Below are positions 1 to 9,300 of a DNA stretch of 29,293 nucleotides, one piece after another. The stretch covers positions 1 to 29,293 of the IMG/VR virus record IMGVR_UViG_3300032295_004364. One strand, written 5' to 3'. How positions within the stretch are numbered: the first letter of the stretch is position 1; every line of letters begins with the position of its first letter. The notes beneath the pieces were generated by a model. That model searched no databases and was not told the origin of the DNA. It saw nothing but the letters and a program-made list of their open reading frames with translations. The stretch is from a virus (Duplodnaviria > Caudoviricetes). The translations under genes and the position numbers were made by a program.

Positions 1-246
1 GAAAAAATTGATAAAAAAGTCGAATTTCCTGATATTTTAAAAAATTTAAAGAAAAATTATGAGTGGATTAATTGTGAATTCATAGATGGGCATCTCATTG
101 AGGTTCAATTTCGTAGAAATCCTGATTTTTGTTACGAAAACACCGTAGCAATTCCAGTTTGGGAGAAAAAATCAGAAGAAAATTATCAAGGATATCGATT
201 TGTTGAGGATAATGATTACCAAAGAGTCGGTTTTTGGGTTAAATAA
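1..246 (+). CDS. 3' part of a phage protein truncated by the window edge, possibly ATP-grasp-like
   Basis: Frame 1 is open from base 1 to TAA at 244-246: EKIDKKVEFPDILKNLKKNYEWINCEFIDGHLIEVQFRRNPDFCYENTVAIPVW...RVGFWVK*. Absent from the ORF track because it lacks a start codon. NCEFI...LIEVQFR loosely resembles the ATP-grasp E-x-N-x-R region (inference). Confidence 0.7.
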   Translation, partial: EKIDKKVEFPDILKNLKKNYEWINCEFIDGHLIEVQFRRNPDFCYENTVAIPVWEKKSEENYQGYRFVEDNDYQRVGFWVK

Positions 247-249
247 ATA
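243..249 (+). promoter_or_regulatory. Putative T4-type late promoter (ATAAATA) upstream of speD
   Basis: ATAAATA overlaps the upstream stop codon, about 20 nt before the TTG start. It is a near match to the T4 late consensus TATAAATA. Confidence 0.45.
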
Positions 250-269
250 TATTTTTTGCACAAACCGAA

Positions 270-611
270 TTGGAAAGATTTTCGATGGGCAAACACCTGC
301 TTTTAGAGGTGTATAATGTCGATTTTCACCTAATCAATGATGTAGAATCTCTACAAAACATCATGATTAAAGGTATAAAGCGTGCCAATATGACGATTTT
401 GAATATTTTTTCTCATTGTTTCATTCCACAAGGATGTACAGTAGTTATTGCCCTTGCTGAAAGTCATGTTTCTTGCCATACTTGGCCAGAAGAAGGGTGT
501 ATTGCAGTAGATGTTTATACTTGCGGTGAAGGAAATCCAAAATTAGTTGCTTTAGAAATACTTAAATACCTAGATTCAGATAATTATTCATTGAGAGAAG
601 TGGATCGTTAA
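270..611 (+). CDS. speD: S-adenosylmethionine decarboxylase proenzyme (small prokaryotic pyruvoyl-dependent class)
   Basis: Contains MGKHLL, F-x-PQG-x-T, the autocleavage motif LAESHVSCHTWPE and DVYTCG. Start is either TTG at 270 or ATG at 285. Confidence 0.93.
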   Translation: MERFSMGKHLLLEVYNVDFHLINDVESLQNIMIKGIKRANMTILNIFSHCFIPQGCTVVIALAESHVSCHTWPEEGCIAVDVYTCGEGNPKLVALEILKYLDSDNYSLREVDR

Positions 612-619
612 ATAGAAAT

Positions 620-675
620 AAGGAGATAGCAACCTCCTTCATAAAAGTTCTGTTTTATTCATTTAAAACAGGAGC
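620..675 (+). promoter_or_regulatory. Structured leader with two hairpins; the second occludes the SD of the 679 ORF
   Basis: AAGGAG(620-625) pairs with CTCCTT(634-639) around loop ATAGCAAC. CTGTTTTA(650-657) pairs with TAAAACAG(664-671), extendable over the SD AGGAG(670-674). TTAAATA at 608-614 is a possible late promoter just upstream. Confidence 0.6.
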
Positions 676-678
676 AAA

Positions 679-921
679 ATGTCAAACTTACCAGTCGATA
701 GGGACAAAAACTATATGAGAGAGATGTGGGGAACTACTAGATTGATTACTGACTATGGCGATTTGCCACAAAAAAGAGTCATTCAAGAAGTTATGCATGA
801 TTTGGCACCAAAACATGATTTAAAGAAACAACAAGAACTTCATGAAAAAATTCGCAATGATGAAGACTACGATGATTGGGAATATGGAACTGAGCCTGGA
901 TATGGTTCTTCTTGGAAATGA
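679..921 (+). CDS. Hypothetical phage protein (80 aa) with acidic/aromatic C-terminus
   Basis: ATG preceded by SD AGGAG at 670-674. Lies directly upstream of gp25. No functional motif recognised. Confidence 0.8.
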   Translation: MSNLPVDRDKNYMREMWGTTRLITDYGDLPQKRVIQEVMHDLAPKHDLKKQQELHEKIRNDEDYDDWEYGTEPGYGSSWK

Positions 922-923
922 GC

Positions 924-931
924 ATAAATAA
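924..931 (+). promoter_or_regulatory. Putative late promoter (CATAAATA) for the gp25-gp6-gp7 unit
   Basis: 7/8 match to TATAAATA in the intergenic gap, 20 nt before the gp25 ATG. Confidence 0.65.
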
Positions 932-951
932 TACAAGAAATTTTATATTCA

Positions 952-1353
952 ATGGCAGTCACACGAATATCTAGATCATTTAAAGATATTAGCCTGTCTT
1001 TTGAAGCACATCCTGTGACAAAAGACCTGCCAATTTTGAAAAATCAAAATTCAATTATACGCTCAATTCGTAATCTTGTAGAAACAATCCCAAATGAAAG
1101 ATTTTTTAATCCAAGTTTGGGATCTGATGTCCGCTCTAGTTTATTTGAGTTTGTCGATTTTGCATCTGCATCCGTAATCAGAGAGCAAATTATCAATACA
1201 ATTTCTAACTATGAACCTAGAGTTGATAATGTAGATGTTGAAGTCAATCCAAGTCCGGATACAAATGAGTTTGAAGTGACTGTAATTTTTAATATTATTG
1301 GACAAGAAATACCAACACAACAATTTTCATTTATATTAGAGGCAACAAGATAA
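952..1353 (+). CDS. gp25: Baseplate wedge subunit gp25 (GPW/gp25 family)
   Basis: Motifs FKDISLSF, SIRNLVET, ERFFNPSLGS, LFE and YEPRV. Directly precedes gp6. Confidence 0.93.
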   Translation: MAVTRISRSFKDISLSFEAHPVTKDLPILKNQNSIIRSIRNLVETIPNERFFNPSLGSDVRSSLFEFVDFASASVIREQIINTISNYEPRVDNVDVEVNPSPDTNEFEVTVIFNIIGQEIPTQQFSFILEATR

Positions 1354-1354
1354 A

Positions 1355-3319
1355 ATGCCTTTTACTCAATTTACAAATCTAGATTTCGATCAGATAAAAA
1401 CTTCAATCAAAGATTATCTCCGTGCTAACTCCACATTTACGGACTTTGATTTTGAAGGATCGAATTTTTCTGTTTTAATCGACACATTAGCATATAATAC
1501 TTATATTACAGCGTTTAACTCCAATATGGTTGTAAATGAATCCTTTTTGGATTCTGCAACTGTAAGAGAAAATGTTGTTTCACTCGCGAGGAATATTGGA
1601 TATGTTCCATACTCTAGAAAATCTGCTAGCGCAATAGTTTCATTTGACATAACCGTAGATCGGGATCAGACATTAGAAGACGGTACTCCAGTATATACAC
1701 CCTCAGTCACTTTACAAGCCGGACTTGTATGTACCGGTCTTATAAAAGGATCATCCTATGTATTTTCTATTCCAGAAAATATTACTGTTCCAGTTGTAAA
1801 CGGAGTAGCATCATTTAGTAATATTAAAATTCAAGAAGGAACCTTTTTAACTAAAAAGTTTACGGTTAATACATCATTGGACCAAAAATTCATACTTGAT
1901 AATCCCTTTATCGATACTTCAACAATTAGATCGTATGTTAAAGGGGTAAGTGATAGTGGTCTTGGTTCTTTATATTCTTTAGTTGATAATATCTTTAATG
2001 TTAATTCAGATTCAGAAATTTTCTTAATACAAGAAGTTCAAGATGAAAAATATCAACTACTTTTTGGTGACGGAATATTTGGCAAAAAACTTGAAAATTC
2101 CGCAGTCATTACTGCAAATTATATTGTAACAAGTGGTAAAAATGGAAACGGGGCAAATTCATTTACTTTTGCAGGTTCTTTTAGAGATGCAGATGATAGA
2201 ATTGTCCGCGCAACAAATGATGCAATTACCGTTACCACAAATCAAAGTGCCCAAAACGGGTCTGATATAGAAACAATAGATTCAATTCGTTACTTTGCAC
2301 CTCGCCTATATTCTTCCCAATATAGAGCAGTAACTGCAAGTGATTATGAAACGATTATCAAATCAAAAATTTATGGAAATGCAGAGTCTGTTTCTGTTGT
2401 TGGTGGTGAAGAATTAAATCCACCAGAATATGGATCTGTCTTAATTAGTATTAAACCAAAAAATGGAACATTTGTGTCAGATTTTGACAAGAAAGAAATA
2501 CTTTCTAAATTAAGTCAATATAGTGTTTCTGGAATTCGTGCCAAAGTAGTCGATCTTAAGATACTTTATGTCGAAATTGAATCGTATGTTTATTATAACT
2601 ATAATCAAGTTGGAAGTGTTTCTGACTTAAAAACAAGAGTAAATAACTCGCTTACCAAATATTCACAATCCGTAGATTTAAATAAATTTGGAGGTAGATT
2701 TAAATATAGTAAACTTCTTCAAGTAATTGATAATACAGATACAGCAATTACTTCAAACATTACAAGAGTCAGAATCAGGAGAGATTTAAAAGCACTTATC
2801 AATCGCCCAGCTCAATATGAAATATGCTTTGGCAATCAATTTCATATAAATGAAAAATACAATAATATCGGATATAATATTAAATCAACTGGATTTAAAA
2901 TTTTAAATGAACCAGATACCGTATATTTTACAGATACTCCCAATTCTGATGGCAAAACTGGAGTAATTTCGATAGTAAAACCAATTCAAACTCCTGCAGG
3001 TATTAATACTACATCACTATTACCATTTGTAGTTGTAGGATCTGCCGGAGTTGTAAATTATGAAAGTGGAGAAATAATTATTAATAATGTTACAATTACA
3101 TCTACTGATTTGCAAAATGATTTAATAGAAATTCAAGCATATCCAGAATCAAATGATGTTGTTGGACTTAAAGATCTTTATGTATCTTTTGATGTTTCAA
3201 AAAGTCAAATAAATATGATAAAGGATACAATTGCATCTGGAGAGGATATTTCCGGTGTTGTTTTTACAAAAAATTCGTATCGTTCAAGTTACTCAAACGG
3301 GAAATTAATGAGGTCGTAG
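1355..3319 (+). CDS. gp6: Baseplate wedge protein gp6
   Basis: Motifs LDFDQIK, FTDFDFEGSN, LAYNTY, ESFLDSA and QYRAVTASDY. Length of 654 aa is similar to T4 gp6. Confidence 0.95.
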   Translation: MPFTQFTNLDFDQIKTSIKDYLRANSTFTDFDFEGSNFSVLIDTLAYNTYITAFNSNMVVNESFLDSATVRENVVSLARNIGYVPYSRKSASAIVSFDITVDRDQTLEDGTPVYTPSVTLQAGLVCTGLIKGSSYVFSIPENITVPVVNGVASFSNIKIQEGTFLTKKFTVNTSLDQKFILDNPFIDTSTIRSYVKGVSDSGLGSLYSLVDNIFNVNSDSEIFLIQEVQDEKYQLLFGDGIFGKKLENSAVITANYIVTSGKNGNGANSFTFAGSFRDADDRIVRATNDAITVTTNQSAQNGSDIETIDSIRYFAPRLYSSQYRAVTASDYETIIKSKIYGNAESVSVVGGEELNPPEYGSVLISIKPKNGTFVSDFDKKEILSKLSQYSVSGIRAKVVDLKILYVEIESYVYYNYNQVGSVSDLKTRVNNSLTKYSQSVDLNKFGGRFKYSKLLQVIDNTDTAITSNITRVRIRRDLKALINRPAQYEICFGNQFHINEKYNNIGYNIKSTGFKILNEPDTVYFTDTPNSDGKTGVISIVKPIQTPAGINTTSLLPFVVVGSAGVVNYESGEIIINNVTITSTDLQNDLIEIQAYPESNDVVGLKDLYVSFDVSKSQINMIKDTIASGEDISGVVFTKNSYRSSYSNGKLMRS

Positions 3320-3320
3320 T

Positions 3321-6300
3321 ATGATACAAACGGGTTTTGAATCTAGGGTAAAAATACAACAAATAATTGATAGTCAACTTCCAGAATTTATCTTAGATGA
3401 AAGTCCAAAGGCTGCGGAGTTTTTAAAACAATATTATATTTCACAAGAATATCAGGGTGGTACTACAGATATTTCTGAAAACCTAGATCAATATATTAAG
3501 ATTGATAATCTTACTCCAGAAGTAGTTGTTGGATATACAATTCTTGAAGAAAATATTACTTCGTTTGTAACAAGTATTACGGTATCTAGCACCAGAGGAT
3601 TTCCTTCAAAATATGGGATCCTAAAAATTGATGATGAGATTATTACATATACCGGGATAACAGGAAATACTTTTACTGGATGTATAAGAGGATTCAGTGG
3701 AGTTACAAATTACCATAAAGATTTACAATATGGGGAATTGGTTTTTAACCAATCTTCTGCATCTTCACATGTATTAGATGCTAAAGTACAAAATTTAAGT
3801 TCATTATTTTTACAAGAATTTTACAAAAAGATAAAGTTTAGTTTGACACCCGGATTAGAAGGTCTAGATTTTACTGAAAATATTGATGTCGGCAATTTTA
3901 TCAAAGAAGCAAGAACTTTATATGAATCTAAAGGAACTCCAGAATCTTTTAGAATATTATTTAATGTTTTGTATGGAGAAACCGCACAGGTAATTGATCT
4001 TGAAAGATTCTTAATTAAAACATCAGATGCTGGGTATATTAGGAGAGATGTTGCCATTATAAGTAACATTTCGGGAGATCCTACAAAATTAGTTGGTCAG
4101 ACAATTAAAAAAACAACAGATGAATTTACAAGTGCCACAGTATCTGAAGTAGAAACTATTAGTAGAGATAATATAACTTATTACAAACTTAATTTTTTTA
4201 TTGGGTATGATGATACTTACCCCAATGTTGCAGGAACATTTACAATTACACCAAATACTAAAGTTATTGAAGAAGTAACTGTAACTCCATCAGAAGGTGG
4301 AGTAACTGTAATTAGTGTGGACTCGACAGTTGGTTTTGCAAAAACGGGGAGTATTTTCTTTGGGTCTAGTGAGATTTTTTATTCTGATAAAAGTGTAAAT
4401 CAATTTTTAGGATGTCATGTCGGAACTGCGTCTACAATAGAAATACCAAAAACATCCAGTTTAATTTCTAATGAAACTTATTATGGATATGAAAATAATG
4501 ATGCGACTAAAAAGGTTGAATTTAGAATTACTGGAGTTCTATCAAACCTTGACATTGAAAATGTAAACTATGAGTTATTGGAAAACGATGTCATTTATCC
4601 AAAAAATCTTGGACAAGTAATAGAAAAAGGAAATAGTGCAAAAGAAATATTTGCAAATTCTTGGATTTATAATACCAGTTCAAGATATCAAATTGAATCT
4701 TTTGTTGGAAATAAAATCACAACAAAATCGAATGTAGATTCGGCAAGTTTGACTATTGGGGATTTTACTGAAATTTTACAAAGAAATACAGAAATTGTAG
4801 TTTCTGGTTTCGAAAATGCAGAAATTAATTCAATTTCTGGAAATGAAGTTACTATTAATGTAAATACTTCTTCTTTAAATCCTTTAGTTAAATATGATAT
4901 TAGAAGAAAAATTAAAAAAGCATCTTCTTCAATTGTCCCTATTGATTTTGGAAATGATAAATTAATATCCGATGTGCAAAATGTTTATATTGAAAGACCT
5001 GACTATCTTTATGTCGCATCTAATTCATTACCTTCATATGAAATACGACTTAATTTATTCAAATATAATATTTTCGAATTAACTGGATACAATGGAAATA
5101 ATAACTCATATTCTATAATTGACTTTAATACTGAGGTTTCTTTCATAAATGGGGATAGAGTTTTTTATTCTCCGGATATTAATAATCCAATAATTGGATT
5201 GGAGGAAGGTAGTTATTTTGTAGAAGTTTTAAGTAATAAAAGGCAGATTAAGTTATATTTAAGCAATCCTGTAGTTGGAACTGATGATTTTATTTACTTT
5301 GGAACAGGACAATCTTCTAGACCGGTCTATAGACCTTTAGGAACACATAATTTTACACTCTATTCTCAAAGATCAAATAAAATTTCGGGTCAAAAAATAC
5401 TCAAAAAGTTTAAATTAAATCCAGAGTTGGGAAGTAATGAAAGTCATAAAACACTTCCTGGTCCAATTGGATTGTTAAAAAATGGTGTTGAAATATACAA
5501 TTTCAAAACAAATGATAAAATTTATTATGGTCCGATTAAAAATATTGATGTTTTAAACGGTGGTGAAGAATTTGATGTTATCAACCATCCTCTTTTAGAA
5601 TTGTCTTATGGAAATGCAGAAATTCAACCAGTAATAATTGGTTCCGTTAAAAAAATATTTGTAGATCCCCAAGATTTTGATATTGATGTAGTTGTTTCAG
5701 TTGCTCTCACTGGAGGAAATGGTTCTGGAGCAAATTTTAAACCAATAATTCAAAAATATGCAAGAGAAATTGAATTTGATGCAAGATCAATTTTTAATGG
5801 CGGCGGTTTAGATACAAATAATGATAGAATTTCCTTCGCATCATCTCACAATTTAGTTAATGGTCAACCGATTATATATGATAATAACTACAATTCTGCT
5901 ATTGGAGTAGGTACTTTTAATGGGTCGAACCTAGATCAATCAAAAACTTTAGTAAACGGATCCATATATTATGCTAAGGTTGTAAACGATAAAACTATTG
6001 AAATATATCAATCACTTTCCGATTATACTGCAGGTATTAATACGGTAGGTTTTACAACTATTGGAAATTCTGGTATTCAAAAATTTAAAACGGAACCTAA
6101 AAATAGACTTACTGAAATTTCAGTAATTAATGGTGGATCTGGATATGCAAATAGAATTCTTAAAATATCCCAAGAAGGAATATCGACTCATAATAATACA
6201 ATTACTTTTAAAAATCATGGATTTGAAGATGGTGAGATTATTTCCTATACCTATGAGACTACTGCAATTTCTGGACTTTCAACTTCAAATAATTATATAG

Positions 6301-9300
6301 TTTTAAAATTAGATTCGGATACATTCAGACTTTGTAACGCTGGGATTGCTGGGACAGATATTTCAAATTATCAAAGAAAAAATTATTCAAAATTTACCTC
6401 AACTGGAAGTGGATATCAAATATTTAAATATCCGGATATTAAACTATCAATAGAATATTCATCTGTTGGACTTGGAAGCACTCAAGTTAGAGGAATTATT
6501 AACGCAACTCCTATCATTAGAGGTAAAATTTCCGAAGTTTATGTTTATAATAAAGGTTCTGATTATGGATCAACAACTTTAAATGTTCATAAACGACCTC
6601 AAGTTATAATTAAAAATGGAGAAAATGCCCAACTTAGACCAATTATTGTTAATGGCAGAATATCAGATATACAAGTTTTATATGGTGGTAAGGACTATTA
6701 TTCCGTACCAGATTTAGTTATTAGTGGTAGTGGGATAGGTGCTATCGCCAGACCAATAATTACCAATAATAAGATAACAGATGTAATTATTATCAATTCT
6801 GGAACAGGATATAAATCCACAGATACTTCAATCATCGTAACACCTGCTGGAAAAAATGAAGTATTGAAAGTAAATATTAGAGAATTAACTCTTAACAGTT
6901 CACACAAATATGGAGTTCAAAATGAATTTTATAGAAATCCATCTAGTGAAGTATTAATTGAAAATAATGAAACTCTAAAATATGCAGTCATTGGTTATTC
7001 TCAAAATATAAAAAGCAATTTTAAAGACCCTGGTGATTTATTAAGTGAACATTCGGATATTATTGGATGGGCATATGATGGAAATCCAATTTATGGATCT
7101 TTTGGTTATTCAGATCCAAACGACATAAATTCTGATATAAAAAAATTAGAACCTGGTTACTCTTTAACTAATATTGAGAATAGACCGTCTGAAACAGATT
7201 TTCTACCCGGATATTTTATTGAAGATTATGAATATAATGAAAGTGGAGATTTAGATCAATATAATGGTAGGTTTGGTAAAACTAAAGATTTCCCTCAAGG
7301 TGTTTATGCTTATTTTGCTACGACAGAAATTAATCGTGATGGGCAACTTGTAGGTAAGTTTCCATATTTTATTGGAAATGAATATAGATCTCCATATTTA
7401 TCAGAAAATATTGATTTAGATCAATCTTTTGATTTTAATAACTCCAAACTGCTTAGGAATACTCTACCATATAATGTAAATCAAGAGTATGCCGATAATG
7501 ATTTTATCATTGAATCTAATGAAATTGTTCAGCAAAAAACATTAGTAGAATCAGTATCCTCCGGAAGTGTTTCTGGGTTTGAAATTATTAAATCGGGAAC
7601 AGATTATGCTGTAGGAGATTCTATTATTTTCGATGATACTAAAAGCAGTGGTGGGGGGATAAGTGCAGAAGTATCCAGAATAGAAGGGAAAGATATTGTT
7701 AATATTAATACATCAATAGAATCTTATGAAGATTCTATTGTTGAGTGGCAAAATAAAGGTACAGTTAAAGTTTACATTTCACCATATCATAACTTTAAAA
7801 ATATTGATAATATTAATATATCTGGATTATCAACTCAAGTTTCTAATTTGAATGGATATTATAAAATAGGTCTCACAACACACATTACAACTCTCTATAA
7901 GAGTATTCCAAATTTTGCTTCTACAGGAATAGTCACGGACATTTACTTAACTTCAATTCCTGAAAATATTTCAATTGGTAGCAGTATTCAAATAGAAAAT
8001 GAAATCTTTTCTGTTTTAAATGTCTATTCAAATTTTGGAATTGTAAGAGTTGATAGATCTAGTGCTGGAGTATCTCATACTCAAACAACTCCAGTATATT
8101 TTCTTCCAAATTCATTTACCGTAAATAAAAATATTGAATACTTTGATTCTCAAAATAATTCAAAAATATACTTTAATCCGGTAGAATCTGTTGGAGTTGG
8201 AACTACACCAGGATCTGGAAAACTTACAAACTACAGTATTGGAATTACAACATATACTACTTTCATCCCAACACAAAGTATATTTTTACCAAATCACCCA
8301 TTCAAGAATAATCAACAAGTTATTCTTAGAAAACCAATAGGATCTAGTGCAATATCTGTTTCTAACACATCGGGAGGACTTTCATTTAATATTTTAAGTG
8401 GAAATTCTGAAATTGTTTACATAGTTAATAAGTCAAAAGATTATATTGGTATTGTAACAAATGCTAACCTCACAAGCACCGGTGGTTTATTCTTCCGATC
8501 ATCAGGAACAAATGATTATCACTATTCTATAGAATCAAATTTACCTCAAGTGAAAGTAAAAGTTGATAGAATCTTATCTTCCGTTTCAGTATCAACTTCT
8601 CATCAATTAAAAATTGGAGATGAAATAAATTTAGAAATTAAACCTAATTTATCTGTTGGAATCGGCACTTCAACTTCAGTCAAAGTTAAACTAGATTCCC
8701 TAACACAAAAAATTGTATTAAATCCATTGGAGTTTAATTCGTCAGGAATTAACACAATATCAAATTCTATTTCAATAATTTCACATAACTTAAAAACTGG
8801 AGATAAAATTTTATATGAATCCTTAGGAACTTTACCTACAGGATTATCAACTGGCAATTACTTTACATATAGGGTTGACAAAAATACAATCAAACTATGC
8901 GAAACTTTATTTGATGCTATTAATTCACCACCAACTACAGTTTCGATATCTGGAACAGGGTCCGGAAGTCAAAGAATTAGTCTTGTTAATCCAAAAATAA
9001 AAGTTATTAAAAATAATAACTTATGTTTCAATCTTTCAGATCCTTCACTATCGGGATATGAACTTAAGATTTTTTATGATCAAAAATTTGAAAAAGAATT
9101 TATTTCAGTTCCCAATACAAAATCTCTTTCTGTTTCTGGCATTGGTACAGTAGGCGTATCTACAAATGCATCATTGACTCTTAATTATACAGATTCTATT
9201 CCAGAAAAACTTTATTATAATCTACAAAAATCTGGATATATTAGCACTGCCGATACCGATGTAATAAATTATTCCGAGATAGTATTTGAAAATAGTTTAT

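Noticed and set aside
620-639. Hairpin 1 as a Rho-independent terminator of speD
   Set aside because: It is followed by CATAAAA rather than a U-tract on the plus strand. The minus strand has only a weak interrupted U-run and no antisense gene to terminate.
620-640. GCAACC similarity to the SAM-I riboswitch core
   Set aside because: The other SAM-I elements are missing, the gap is too short, and the element lies downstream of speD.
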